Origin: Eledone cirrhosa
Taxonomy: Eukaryota
Reading direction: 5' to 3'
DNA: 64,000 bases
Assembly: GCA_964016885.1 (NCBI GenBank)
Contig: OZ024745.1
Location: 30,070,001 to 30,134,000, forward strand
Made by a program: the position numbers and the translations under genes. Of the stretch, positions 12,195-26,253 are shown one piece after another. The notes under the pieces are model-generated. The model made no database searches and was not told the DNA's origin. It saw only the letters and a list, made by a program, of their open reading frames with translations. How positions within the stretch are numbered: position 1 is the first letter of the stretch; each line of letters starts with the position of its first letter.

Positions 12195-14070
12195 GATGTG
12201 TAAAGGTGTGTGTACATGTCTTACTACCAGCACCAACACAGCTTTAGAAACCAGGCTTGGAGAAATGCTACAACACTTTCCAGCCGCACATGGAACCTCT
12301 GCGACAATAACTCCATCTATGAACTGAAATGGAATGTCTTGCCCCAAGCCTAACCTTACACCAGAGGCCACCAACATGCAGTTTATGCCCTGAAGAGACC
12401 ATCCAAATTTTGTCTGCCAAGAAACAACTACTTAATAGAAAGAGTGAACTTGTTACTTTGTGCAAACACCAAACTTACAAGACCTACCATAATGACCCAG
12501 GTGTGTAAGACTATTTCCCAACATTTATTACACACATCCACACAGGCACATATACTCCTGTAGGTGTACACAGTTCATGTGCACACACAACCATGATTCT
12601 ACCATAAAACCCACCAACAGTTTCCACAAAATCACACCGAGAATCAGTATCCAGATAAACACCCAACACATGTGCACACACTTCCACACATGCACACTAG
12701 GACACATAGCACACATCTTTACATAACATTATAGAAACATGCTTATTTTTGAAGACAGATACACAAACATTTAGATATCAACCAAAGCCAATCAGCACCC
12801 CCAACACCAACACTATACATACACCCAGAAATAGGCTGGTATAATGACACCAATCTAACTGCTACACAACAACAACACTCACTCAGGCACTCCATTACAG
12901 AAAAACAGCAACCATACATATGCGAACCAAGCCACATACACATGCATGCACTGAAATCATAAACTAACAAAAGTGCACAACAAATACAAAATTTCAATAC
13001 TACACTCTCTCTCTCTCTCTCACACATACATACCCTTACATGCTCATTGGCAGACACAGGCACACCCACATATACACATGCACATACACACATATGCACT
13101 CACAACATTTCATAACACACACATGTCAACTCTTGTCTTACACACCCCATCAAGTACACATAACACTGAAATCCTTACCAAAATAACAACACTCACCCAC
13201 ACACATGCTCACATACACACACACTCAATTTTATACTGAATTTACTTATATTTAGAATAATTTACACATAAGTAACACTGAAGAACATATCAATTACAAC
13301 AACATGCACTTACATGCAAACACATGCATATGCAACCTTACATACAAACCTAATGTAGCTTTAGAACAATACACGTATACATGCAAATACAAACATATGC
13401 CGGTAAAACAAAAGCACAAATATATTTTAGCTCAACACTCACCCCAACACCCCACAACAAATACAACAAACACAGTGACAACAACCCTACATCTCCAAAA
13501 CAACAACAATCACAATACTGACAAGACAGTTAGTAGATATTTAATAAAATAAAAAAATAAATAGGAAGGTCAGTGGTTTTGTTGACATGGGTGGGGGCAT
13601 ACAAAATAAGTAACTGGGTATATGTGTGTGTAGTGTCTGTGTGTAGTCCTTCTAAAATCTCTGATCCCTCTAATGCACCTTTGGCAACTACCACACACAA
13701 ACTCAAGATGACATAGGGAAAACATACATTCTTTAACAATTGACAATTCTTCACCACTCCCAAACTACAATATGTCAAACCCAAATACACATTGACAATG
13801 AAACATTCACACACACATATACACACATACACACACAACCAATCCATGAGAATACATAATGTATAAACAATTGATTATAGACCCTACAATTATGACCTTC
13901 AAAGGGCCAATATCCCCTTCTTAACCACTTATCTACTTACTCCACATGTCAATCACTTCAGGCCACACCCCTGATGAGAAGCTTATACACAGCAGGGAGA
14001 TATATCTCCAGTTTGGAATTTGCTGCTGAAACAGCAAGACCTCAGCCATTGGGCCCCAAACTCACTAATA
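12195..14070 (+). mobile_element. Old Penelope-like relic (GIY-YIG C-terminus, CA-rich tail, hammerhead-like core); paralogs ~36815-38700 and ~58870-60955
   Basis: CSLCPEE..I...LLNRKSELVTLCKH-like coding remnant at ~12375-12470; CTGATGA...GAAAC at 13971-14032. Confidence 0.6.
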
Positions 14071-14086
14071 TATATATATGTATATA

Positions 14087-14690
14087 AGGCACCACTGATG
14101 CTCTCTTCCTTGTGAGGCAGTTACAGGAAAAGTACCTAGCTAAAAGTAAGACACTCTACCTGGCATTTGTCGATCTGGAAAAATCTGGAGGAGGTTGCGT
14201 TGGTATGGACATTTGATGCATACGAAGGATGACAGTTGCATAAAAAGGTGCGAAGCACTAAAAGTCGACGGAAGCCATAGAGTGGGGAGACCCTGGGATG
14301 TGGCGATAAAAGCTGACATTACCTAATTGGACCTCTCAAAGGCGATGACCCAGGACCATGACCTCTGGTGTCACTCAGTAATACAAAAGACCTGGCTTCC
14401 CACAGGAACAAGCTGACGCTGAAGCATATAGACAATATGCCCCCATCCCCTCCCACTTCAAAGTGGTCGTGGAGGTGTCACGGCAATAAAGCACCAAGCT
14501 CACACTGTAAAGTGGTCTTGTAGGCGCCACGGAAAAAAAGCACCCAGCACTCACTGTAAATGAGGTTGGTGTTAGAAAACTGCTGTAGAAATCGAGCCAG
14601 AATCAGTTCCCATACGAACAAGACAAGGTCACCTGACATGGCACTGCCGACAACAGGACAACCCATCTAACCCATGCTAGCGTGGATGAT
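14087..14690 (+). mobile_element. Internally deleted RTE LINE fragment with 3' UTR
   Basis: RQLQEKYLAKSK.LYLAFVDLEK homologous to 34440-34510, joined to RRLRWYGH and tail. Confidence 0.75.
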
Positions 14691-14740
14691 GACACATATA
14701 TAATGAATGATGACACATATATAAACCATATTAAACATAC

Positions 14741-14788
14741 CTTTTTTAGTTGCCAGCACTTCTGTTTTTGCAGTAGCAAGTATTATTT
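14741..14788 (-). CDS. Micro-exon F1, 48 nt, EIILATAKTEVLATKK
   Basis: tcag|...|gtatgt, open frame. Confidence 0.85.
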
Positions 14789-15975
14789 CTGATGTTAAAA
14801 AAATTAACAAAATGGCTTAAATATCATTTGAAACAGCATATTAACATTTTCCCTTCATTTTATTATATTATATATATGTATGGACCGAAGCCCAGCCCCT
14901 CTCCAGATCTGAATAAAATCGATTTCTTCCAGAGTTAACAAAGAGTAAGAAAGAGAAAGTGAGGAAGAGATATGGAGGAAAAATCAACCCCAGTTCTAGA
15001 CGGATAATTTTTTTATCAACCTTGAAAGGACAAATGGCAAAGTTGAACTTGGCAGAATTTGAATTCATAGCACAGAGAATCAAAAAAAATCCAGCAAAGC
15101 AGTCTATCTGCCTTCTAACAACTCTGCCAATTTACTGCATATATTGTTTGTAGATATAAACAAAAAAGAATGAATCTTTAAATACACTTTTCCATATCTA
15201 TTTTTACCTATTATCTATGATATATATATAATATAGAAAACGTTAGTGAATAGAATGGTCAGTGGGCAGATTTGAATGGTCAAACACACAGATGATGTCT
15301 CAGACTATCAACCAATCGACGTGCCACGCAAACAGGATGATGGCAGATGATAGAAATTCGAAGGGTTGGAGTCCAGCAGAAAGAGGATTTGCTTCGAAAT
15401 CACTAGATGTATCTGAGGAACTTGCGAATCCAGAGTCAGAGAAACAATTGTAATACGTAATAAATTGTGTTCCGATGCATCACTGATTCTTCATTTTCCA
15501 TATTATCATACTCTGCTCTGAAGGAGTATAGAGTGCTCAACTGGCATACCGCCTATCGACACATCCAAGCAACCTTACTTCAAATATACACACACACACA
15601 CAGACACACGCACGCGCACACACACACAAACACACACTCTGTAAGGTTATAGTGATGGTGCCATGAAAAAAAGCACCCCGTCCAATCTGTTAGGAGTTAA
15701 AACTGGTAACATGAAAAACACCCAGCTGATTCTGTAAGATGGTACTGCCAGAGTCATTATAAAATGGTCCCTGTACAAGCCATGAATTGGATGACATTAG
15801 GAAGGGCATTCAGCCATAGAAACCATGCCAGAATGGAATGTATGAGCAGAAGATAGTCATTTGACCTTCCTAATCAGCCACAGAATGTGACAACATTCTA
15901 GATAGAGACATAAAATGCTAATATAATAACAATGAGGATATATATATATATATAAATAAATTATATCAAATATAC

Positions 15976-16026
15976 CTTCTTCCTGTGACCGCACTCCTTT
16001 CTTTTTTGCAGCACTAAGTATTATAT
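15976..16026 (-). CDS. Micro-exon G1, 51 nt, DIILSAAKKKGVRSQEE
   Basis: ttag|...|gtatat (weaker donor), open frame. Confidence 0.8.
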
Positions 16027-16523
16027 CTAATGTTGAAAAAATTAACAAAATATCATTTGAAACAACATATTACATTGACTTTCCCCTCCTCATATTATAT
16101 ATGTTAGAGTTCTAGAGATAACTCCTGTTAGAGTTCTAGAGATACTATAATGACATAGCATTTCTGCGGCATTTTGTTTAAACCTGGTGGAGCCCATACC
16201 TTCTGATCTGAATTTAGCATATTATTCTAGTGAAGGAGAGAGAGCGTGAGAGAAAGGAAGTGTAAAAGCATTATAGAGGAAGAGTCATCTCCAGTACATT
16301 TTTATCGACCTTGGCAAGATGTAAAAAAAAGTTAACCTCAGCAAGATTTGAACTCATATCACATCTGAATTGGAAGAAATTTGTATCAGCATTTGATTCC
16401 TTGTTGAGTACTTCTTTACAGTGCTCTGCTTAAGGTTTTATTATATCCTGCTGATCTGTCAAGAGATTGTCCTCAACTGATAGGATGGGAGAGTATCCCT
16501 CCCTGTTTGGTTCAAACACTCCC

Positions 16524-16775
16524 TTCAAATTTCAATAAAAGCCTTCATGTCATGCCTCTTAAATGATTCTTGAAGAGCTTTCACTCTTTCATCCCACCAT
16601 TTTTGCTTCATTTCCCATAGCTTTGCTTGAATCAAGTTTTTTGCCGCTTTGTAATGTTTTATTCGTTTTAGAATTTTGTCTGCTCTCCATTTCTTTTTGT
16701 GTAGCCTGTACATTTCTTGAAGCTCCCCAAATATAATGTCAATATTTTCATCAAACCAGTCTTGGCGATTGTCAA
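16524..16775 (-). mobile_element. RTE (BovB-like) LINE fragment
   Basis: QDWFDEN...MKQKWW...DMKAF motifs. Confidence 0.6.
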
Positions 16776-17394
16776 ACTGAGATCTTGTGTTGTGATGTAT
16801 AACTATATATATAAGAGAGATTTGGATGTGTCTGGGGTGTGGTGTTAATGAGTGTTGATGAAGATTTACAGGAATTAAAGCATTCACACACATTCACACA
16901 CATACACGCGCGCGCACACACATACACAGAGAAAATGGTGAGATTGACATCAAGATAAGGGAGTTTAAGAAAGTCATTGTAAAAATCCCCTCCTGCTGGT
17001 TTTATTTCAATAGATGACCTTTGGTGAATATATAATGGCAGAGTGTTTTTCAAATTCGTTTCTTATAGCTGAATCAACTCTCTTAAATTTATAAAGAACT
17101 AGCAGCAGTACCCAGCGTTGCCTGGGTAGATAAAATAATGTCTGCTTTGATGAAAAGGTGTTGATCTTAGTGACTGCTTCTCGATGACTCATCTATGGCC
17201 ACACACAGGCAGTATCGGTAGAGAGTCGGATGCCATGCTTTCCAGCATAGATACGTCTCTTTACGGTCTGAGTTCAAATCCCACCGAGGTTAACTTTGCC
17301 TTTCATCCTTACGGGATTGATAAAATAAAGTACCAGTAATGTACTGGGTAATTGCTGGTCTTGTGCCAAAAGTAGAAACAATTATTAGACGTAA

Positions 17395-17800
17395 ATTTTG
17401 CCTTGGTAAGCAGTTTCTTTAGGTTGGGTGCTTGGCGTCTACTATAATAATTTGTGCGTCTTTTATGAATGCATTTATTTTAGAGGACTGCTGGAGAATC
17501 AGGAGATATTGTTTAGTGGCTTTCACAATGTTGAAGTTCCTTGGATTGTGAGTGATGACAAAAGGGATAACTGTTTTTTCTATTCTATTTTGTTGCTTTG
17601 TTTTTCTCAGTGTTGTCACTGGGATCTTCTGGGCTTTGGAGATGGCTGTGTTGATGAGGTTCACCTGATATTCTTGTCTTTTAAGGAACTCTTTTTAATT
17701 AATATAATCTTTTTTCCTGTAGTGTGGGGTGTGTTACTAGGGTGCAGATGCATCTTGCCATGTTAAAAGGAATGTTCCTTTTGATATGTGAGGGGTGTGC
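17395..17800 (-). mobile_element. Penelope-like element fragment (linker between RT and endonuclease)
   Basis: LINTAISKA...IPFVITHNP motif. Confidence 0.6.
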
Positions 17801-18889
17801 TGATTGGAAATTCAAGTATTGGTGTGTGTCTGTTTATATGTGAACTTGAGTAGATGTGTGTACATATATGTATGTATAGATGTGTTTTTTTATATATATG
17901 TCTGTAGGTGTACAGATATGTGTGTACATGTGTATATGTGTGTGTGTGTATATATATATGTATGTATGCATGTGTGTGTGTATGCTCTATATGTGTGTAT
18001 ATATATATGTGTGTGTCATCATCATCATTATCATCACTGTTTTACGTCCGTTCTTCCATGCTAGCATGGGTTAGACGGGTTGTCCTGTTGTGGGCAGTGT
18101 CTGGTCGGCTGACCATACCTTGCTCATACAGGAACTGATTTTGGCTTGATTTCTACAGCTGGATGCCCTTCCTAACACCAACCTCATTTACAGTGAGTGC
18201 TGGGTGCTTTTTCGTGGCGCCTACATGTCCACTTTACAGTGTGGGCTGGGTGTTTTTTTGCCATGGCACCTCCACGACCACCTTGCAGTGGGAGGGTGTG
18301 GGGGCATATTGTCTATATGCTTCAGCTTGTACCCATGGGAGGTCGGGTACTCTGTATTACTGCGTGATGCCAGAGGTCACGGTCGTGTGTCATCGCCTTT
18401 GAGAGGTGTAATTGGGTAAAGTCGGCTTTTATCACCTCATCCCAGGTCTTCTTGGTCTTTGTGTGTGTATGTTTATGTGTATATGTATGTACATGTATGT
18501 GTGGCTGTATGCATGTGTATGTATATATATATGTGTGTATATATATGTGTATGCGTATGCATGTGTATATGTATATATATATATATGTATGTATATATGT
18601 GTGTGTGGGTATGTATGTATATATATATATATGTGTGTAGATATATATGTGTGTGTATGTGTGTGTGAATGTATGTTATATATATGGACTGTAAATATAT
18701 TTACATATGAAGTGAATATGTGAGCTAGCATGTCTCCTCCCCCCACACTTCCCCTCCCAAACCAATATCAACAACACACATTTCTGGCAAATGTTCCAAA
18801 ACTATCCTTCTATTTTTCTCTTTTTACTGTCATCCCAGTCTTATCAAAAGACCTAAATTCATCTTTGATATAGAAATTTGCAGAAGATA

Positions 18890-19463
18890 TTCTTTATAAA
18901 TTTAAGAGAGTTGATTCAGCTATAAGAAACGAATTGGAAAAACACTCTGCCATCATCTTTTCTTTTATTGCAGCCACAGCTATGACTTCTGAAGTTAAAA
19001 AAATTAACACAATGTCTTACAAATCATTTGAAACAACATAATACATTGACATTATATATTTCTACCACATTGTACCTGCTTTTTGAAACTTATCAGTCAT
19101 TTATTACATATCTCACCAAAGGTCATCTATTGAAATAAAACCAGCAGGAGGGGATTTTTACAATGACTTTCTTAAACTCCCTTATCTTGATGTCAATTTC
19201 ACCATTTTCTCTGTGTATGTGTGTGCGCGCGCGTGTATGTGTGTGAATGCTTTAATTCCTGTAAATCTTCATCAACACTCATTAACACCACACCCCAGAC
19301 ACATCCAAATCTCTCTTATATATATAGTTATACATCACAACACAAGATCTCAGTTTGACAATCGCTAAGACTGGTTTGATGAAAATATTGACATTATATT
19401 TGGGGAGCTTCAAGAAATGTACAGGCTACACAAAAAGAAATGGAGAGCAGACAAAATTCTAAA
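18890..19463. repeat. Inverted duplication of ~16667-17098 with an internal templated insertion
   Basis: Reverse-complement match; 18952-19116 replaced by a copy of the exon H1 region. Confidence 0.85.
18952..19116 (-). pseudogene. Truncated duplicate of exon H1 with its acceptor block but no donor
   Basis: Identical to 19889-20053; reads on into unrelated sequence to a TAA. Confidence 0.8.
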
Positions 19464-19877
19464 CACCCTTATCTTGATGTCAATCTCACCATTTTCTGTG
19501 TGTATATATGTATGTGTGTGTATGCTTTAATTCCTTTAAATCTTCATCAACACTCATTAACACCCCAACCCACGCCTCAGACACATCCAAATCTCTCTTA
19601 TATATATATAGAGTCACACATCACAACACAACCTGATCTCAGTTTGACAATCGCCACCAACGAATGCTAGAAAGTTCTCCAAGACAGTTAACCAGGAATC
19701 TTTAAAATTCTTCCCACCGAAGTTAACAAAGAACTTACTACCAACTCATAATATTATAATATTATAAAATTAAATCAAATTATTTAGCACTACAAGTGAA
19801 GTCATTCTTTTCCTTTTTTTCAAATATATATATATATGCACACACACACATATATATGTAAATTATATTAAACATAC

Positions 19878-19925
19878 CTTTTTCCTTTATCATCTTTTCT
19901 TTTATTGCAGCCACAGCTATGACTT
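19878..19925 (-). CDS. Micro-exon H1, 48 nt, EVIAVAAIKEKMIKEK
   Basis: tcag|...|gtatgt, open frame. Confidence 0.85.
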
Positions 19926-20623
19926 CTGAAGTTAAAAAAATTAACACAATGTCTTACAAATCATTTGAAACAACATAATACATTGACATTATATATTTCT
20001 ACCACATTGTACCTGCTTTTTGAAACTTATCAGTCATTTATTACATATCTCACAGTAAGTATATTAACTATACTACTACTATATATATAAGTATATACAT
20101 TGTATATATGGATTGAAAAAGTAGCAGGAGAAATGAAATATTTGGAATGAATGAACAAAAGAATGAAGCTTCCTCTTCAGCCACCCATGGGCAATGCAAT
20201 TTCATGCCAAAAGTGTTATTTTCAATATTGAGCCCAGATTGCACAACAGCTTAGAGCAAGCCACTGAAAAGATGTATATGAGACAATACAGCATAGAAAT
20301 GGAGGATAACATATACATATATCTTCTGTTATGTGGTAGTGCTGGTGACATGAAAAACGGCATCCAGTCAATCATGTAAAGTGTGAATGCTGGTGCTATG
20401 GTAAAAAACACTCAGTTCATTCTATAAGATCAAACTGCCACAGACATGATAAAATGCTACTTGATATTAGAGAGGGCATCCAGTTTTAAAAACAATATCA
20501 GAATGAAACAAATAAGCAACAAACAGGCATCAGATCTGCCTAACCAGCCTCAGTAGGTGACAAGAAGTCTAACCCTTGCAAGCATAGAAAATAGACATAT
20601 AATGGTAATGGTAATAATGATGA

Positions 20624-20702
<79 letters not shown>

Positions 20703-20719
20703 TATTATATTCAACATAC

Positions 20720-20770
20720 CATTTTCAGGTGTCAGCATTCCTTCTTTTTTCACAGTAGTGATTCGATTTT
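20720..20770 (-). CDS. Micro-exon I1, 51 nt, ENRITTVKKEGMLTPEN
   Basis: ttag|...|gtatgt, open frame. Confidence 0.85.
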
Positions 20771-20861
20771 CTAATGTTAAAGAAAAAAAAAAAAAAATGG
20801 TTACATTTCATTAGAAACAACATATTACATTGACTTTCCCCTCCTCATATATATACATATT

Positions 20862-20919
<58 letters not shown>

Positions 20920-21029
20920 GGGAAGTGAGGTTCTACACACGTGCACTAAATTTTTTTCTAAATTTTAAACTTCTGGATTCTGAGAACCCTTTGGCTCTTA
21001 GCCTTTAGGGAATTTTTGGGAATTTTCAG

Positions 21030-21790
21030 AATTTTGTGGGAAAAAAATGTTACTTAATTCCCTCTGTGTGTATATATTTATCTATTTACTCATTCATTTA
21101 TATGTATACACACACTGTGTCTCGATTTTGGAAAGATTTTTTGTGATCTTTTAAAAATTTCTCTTTAAGAATGATTTTTTGGAGAGAGAGTTTTTTTAAG
21201 GCTCCTTTTGAAGGGTTCTTTTTGAAGAAGAGTTCTCTTAACTCTCTTAACTTCTTTAATTTTAAAATTTTTGGATTCTGCGAATCCTTTGGCTTTCAGC
21301 TCTTAACTATTGCCAATTTTCTGAATTTTGGAGAGAGAAGAATATTTTCTTTGTTCCCCTCCACACAAGTAACTTTAACAGACAAACTGTAAAAACACAC
21401 ACACAATTTTCGGAATTTTGTAGAAAAAAATGTTATTTAATTCCTTCTGTGTATATATTTATTTATTTACTCATTCATTTTTATATATACACGCACTGTG
21501 TCTCATTTTTTGAAAAGATTTTTTAAGATCTTTTAAAAATTTCTTCTAAAGAATGATTTTTTGGAGAGAAAGACTTCTTAAGGTTTCTTTTGAAAGGTAT
21601 TTTCTGAAGTTTTTTGGAAGAGTTCTCTTGACTCTCTTAACTTCTTTAATTTAAACATTTTTGGATTCTGGGAATCCTTTAGATTTCAGCTCTTAACTTT
21701 TGCCAATTTTGTGAATTTTGGAGAGAGAAGAAATTTTTCTTAATTTCCCTCTACAAAAGTAACTTTAACAGACAAACTGTAAAAACACAC
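21030..21790. repeat. ~380-bp tandem duplication inside a unit-1-specific T-rich insertion (~20910-22330)
   Basis: 21030-21400 matches 21410-21790. Confidence 0.75.
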
Positions 21791-22326
21791 ACAACAACGC
21801 CACACATATATACGCACACATATTTATGCATACATATACACACAAACTTACATGTGTGTACTCTTGTGTGTGTGTGTGTATGTGTGTGTGTGGGTATGTA
21901 CACATCCCAACCTACCACAATAGTCAGCTCCTACAACCCCCTACTCCCTTTTGAACTATTGACCACCAGATTAAACAAAACAACTTGGCCTCATTCCATG
22001 CCAACTTTTCAGAAGGCATGTTGGAAGAAATTTTGCTCAAACATTCGTTTTTGATTTTAATTTTAATTTTAAACCCTTTTTTTACTCCCTTTTTAATTAA
22101 CTTTTTTCACTGAATTTGACAAGATGGATTTTAATACATCGAAACCTGTAATTTTTTCATACACTTTACATACTTCATAAAAACAGTTTCAAAAACGAAT
22201 TGTCCCTCTTTCTTTAATAACACTATCTTTTTAATAACACTATCTTTTCAATAATGTCGCTTTGACGAATCAAAAAAGAAAAACAGACCCTTAAACATAT
22301 CTCCCGTGCTATTTCCAACTTCATCT

Positions 22327-22371
<45 letters not shown>

Positions 22372-23382
22372 GGTACCATAACTCCTGGTAGAGTTGTAAA
22401 GTTGTTATAGTGACACAGCATTTCTTGAGCATTTTGTTTAAACCTGGTAGAGCCCATCCCTTCTCTAGATCTAAATATATCATAATTCATCAAGAGAAGG
22501 AGAGAGAGCACGAGAGAAATGAAGTGAAAAAGAGTTATAGAGGAAAGATCATCTTCCTTGGCAAGATGAAAAGAAAAGTTGACCTCAGCAGGATTTGAAC
22601 TCAGATCATATTTGAGTTGGAAGAAGAAATCCTGATAAGCCTATTGAATGTTCTAACAACTGCCAATTTGTGGCCTATACCATATATATATATATACATA
22701 TGGAAGCCTTGGAGTGGGAGACCCAGGAAGATTTGGGATGAGGTGATAAAAGCTGACCATGCCCAATTTCACCTCTCAACGATGATGACATTGGACCGAG
22801 ACCTCAGGCGTTACTCCAGTGGACGGATAATAGTAATATACATAAATGACAAAGCATAAACAAACAGCGAAACTAAGCATAAGAGGAATCAGATGCAGTG
22901 TGCAGGAGAGGAGATTGTGTTGGTATAGGCATGTGATGCGTATATAAAGGATGACAGTAGTATAAAAAGGTGCAGAATGCTCAAAGTCGATGAAAGCCTT
23001 GGAGTGGGAAGATCCAGGAAAACTTGGATTGAGGTGATAAAAGCTGACCTTCCCTAATTGCACCTCTTAAAGAAAATGACACAGGACCAAGATTTCTGTT
23101 GTTAAGCAATAATACAGAAGACCCGCCTTCCCACTGGCACAGGCTGAAGCTGAAGTGTATATATAGTATGAATATAGATAGAATATTTTTTTATGATATT
23201 ATTTATAGTTATGTATATACTTTAAACAGGAAAGGTCAGAAAATTATTACTACCTTATCACCAGTAAGGGAAATAGCTCAATGTAAGAACATCAGGTGTT
23301 TTACAGAGCAGGAATATAAATATATAAATATATATAAATATATATATATATATTTATATATGTTATTATTATTATATCAGTA

Positions 23383-23590
23383 GGGGCGGTGGATTGGCAG
23401 TATCAGTTGGACACCATGCTTTGCAGCAGAGTTACGGCCCTTTATGATCAGAGTTCAAATTCCGCCGAGGTTAACTTTGCCTTTCATCCTTACGGGGTTA
23501 ATAAAATAAAGTACCAGTAACGTACTAGGGTCGATTTAATCGACTTTCCCTCCCCCAAAATTGCTGGCCTTGTGCTTATATAAGAAATTA
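23383..23590 (+). mobile_element. tRNA-derived SINE (resembles octopus OK/OR-type); other copies ~17200-17385, ~39615-40010 (two, minus), ~46720-46890, ~60570-60750
   Basis: GAGTTCAAATTCCGCCGAGGTTAACTTTGCCTTTCATCCT...AAAGTACCAGT core. Confidence 0.7.
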
Positions 23591-25128
23591 TTATGTTTCT
23601 TAAGGGTTAGAGAGTTGAATTCACAATTGTGAGGGTGATATGTTGTGTTCTTGGGCAAAATATTTAAATTCATGTTGCTCCAGTTTGTCTTCCACATAAA
23701 CACCATACCTTGGAGGGGAAGTTTCTAGGTACAAATCCCATAGTCATTCATGATAGAAGGGGCTCTTTACCCTTTTTATATGTCTATGTATGCAAATAGT
23801 AAATTTCACAAGGAAAGTAGGAAATATTCAGAATGAATGTTTTCCTCTCCAGCCATCCCCTGGGCAATGCAATTTCGTACCAAAGGTAGGTATTGCATAA
23901 TATTGAGATATATAGGTTGCACTGCATATGAGACAACACAACATAGCCAAAGACGAGAACATAAATATATATGTATATATAAACCACCATTAAATATGTA
24001 ATTGTCCCTCATTAGACAATAGTGATCTGTAGACAGTTACACACATCTGTAAACAAACCTATATATTTACAACCACACATAAACACTACAAGTTAAAAGG
24101 AAAAATATCATAACCTCAAGGAAACCTCTACAAACCTTTCCTTTCTTCCCCTGTTCCTTTTTTTCCTTGAAATCCTGCAGAACCAATTCTTTGACAAATT
24201 TTACTCCCCCCACCCCAAGGATTCCTTTCAATCATGTTTATACATCTTTGTATTTTTATTTTACTTCCCTTCTTTCTTTTCTTGCCTTTATCTACAAACC
24301 CTAAAAACATACATGATAGAAACCTACATACATACACAGGTACACACCTCAAGACAAAAGAAAAGCTGTTTATTCCCTCTTAGATATTTTTAGTTATTTT
24401 TACAAATCCTGAAAATAACTTGACCTATTGACACATTAAAACCCCACCTAAATGCACACTCACACTCACACTCACACATTAGAGAACAAAGAATTACCAT
24501 CTAGAGTCTAGACCATTTTTATGAATAGAAAAGAAATTTTCTATTTAAAAATATTTATATATAAGAACATATTTATATATGAAATTTTTACAATAGATTC
24601 ACATGTGCTCCAACTGCCCACAAAATATGAGAACAAACCTTTTATTTATTGTGACAAAATTGACATTACAATTAAAACCAGTAATCTTTGACAAAATTTA
24701 AAACCATTTAATGTAAAAATTATAAAAGTATTCATTCTGTCAGATTAAAATGGTAATGCTGGTGCCATGATAAATGGCAACCAGTCCACTGGGTGCTGTG
24801 ACAAAATCTCACCCTCTCTTCACTGTAAGGAGTTTGCAGTGGTGCCATGACAAAAAAGCACCTAGTTCACTCTGTTAGATGGTACTGCCAGAGTCATGAT
24901 AAAATGCTACTGGTACCTGCATATCTAGTTGATATTAGGGAGAGCATTCGGTTTTAAAGACAATGCCAGAATGGAATGTATGAGCAAAAAACAGTCATCT
25001 GATCTTCCTAACCAGCCTGAGAAGGTGACAACTAACACATTTAAGTATATAAAAATAAACATAAAATGATAATAATAATAATAAGGATATATATATTTAT
25101 ACACACACACACACATATATATATATAC

Positions 25129-25179
<51 letters not shown>

Positions 25180-25214
25180 CACACACACAAATATATAAAT
25201 TATATTAAACATAC

Positions 25215-25265
25215 CATCTTCAGGCATCAGTTCTACTTTTTTTCTTGAAGAAAGAAGTTGTATTG
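25215..25265 (-). CDS. Micro-exon A2, 51 nt, AIQLLSSRKKVELMPED
   Basis: ttag|...|gtatgt, open frame. Confidence 0.85.
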
Positions 25266-26253
25266 CTAAAGAAAAAACAATAAAATGGCTTAAATATCAT
25301 TTGACACAACATATTACATTGATTTTAGCCCCTCATTTTATTATGTATATTTATAGATCAGGGATTTGCCTTTCATCTTTACGGGGTTGATAAAATAAAG
25401 TCCCAGTGATGCACTGGGGTCAATTTAATCGACGTTTTACTCACCCAAATTTATTTGGTCTTGTGTCTAAATCTGAAACCATTATGTATGGACCCATAAC
25501 TTCTGATAGAGTTATAGAGACACTAATGTAAGTTACGGAGTTTCTTGGGCTTTTGTTTAGATCTGGTGGAGCCCAAGCCCTCTCCAGGTCTGAATAATTT
25601 TAATTTCTTCCAGAGAAAGGGAAGAGTGATAGAGAGGAAGTGAGAAAGAGATATTGAGAAAATAAACACTAGTATTAGACTAATACATTTTTTATCAACT
25701 GCGAAAGGATGATTGGCAGAGTAGACCCTGGTAGGATTTGAACTTAGATCATAGAGAACCAGAAGAAATCCTGCAAACTATTCTATCCAACATTCTAACA
25801 ACTCTGCCAATTTGCTGCTTATGTTACGTTTATTATTAAAAATGAAAATCTTTAAATACATTTTTAAATCTGTGCTTCTCAATTTTTATTTACTGCCAAT
25901 ATTCTATGATTTGTGTGGAAGTTTACCCCACTTCAGTGAAGTGCTTCCTGGACATCATTTCCTGCCCAACCTACCCTACTGTCATACCTTACAGTACAGA
26001 CTTGGTGCGTGGGGTTTTACATCCCCTTCCTCCCTGTGTACTCTTCACTGCTATAGTATATAAAGTTTTAATGGAAACATTATTTAGGGTACAAAAGACT
26101 TAGTGAAGGGTTGTGGCTACTACTGACTCAGGTATGGGGGATGACTACATACATTTGTGTGACAAATAAACAACAGAGTATAAAACATGTAAGAGCTTGA
26201 CACACATCTAAATCCCTAGAGAATCACTGAACAGTTAGGTGGCCCTCCTACCC

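Larger units (their letters stand above)
2529..23670. repeat. Higher-order tandem unit 1 (~21 kb; exons A1-I1)
   Basis: Starts catgttgctccagtt at 2529; colinear intron homology with units starting 23671 and 47056. Confidence 0.9.

Noticed and set aside
17804-18746. Many 60-120 aa ORFs rich in YI, CV or HT
   Set aside because: Translations of (TA)n/(TG)n/(CA)n microsatellites.
23383-23470. tRNA genes
   Set aside because: A/B-box-like motifs are SINE heads followed by SINE body sequence; no complete cloverleaf seen.
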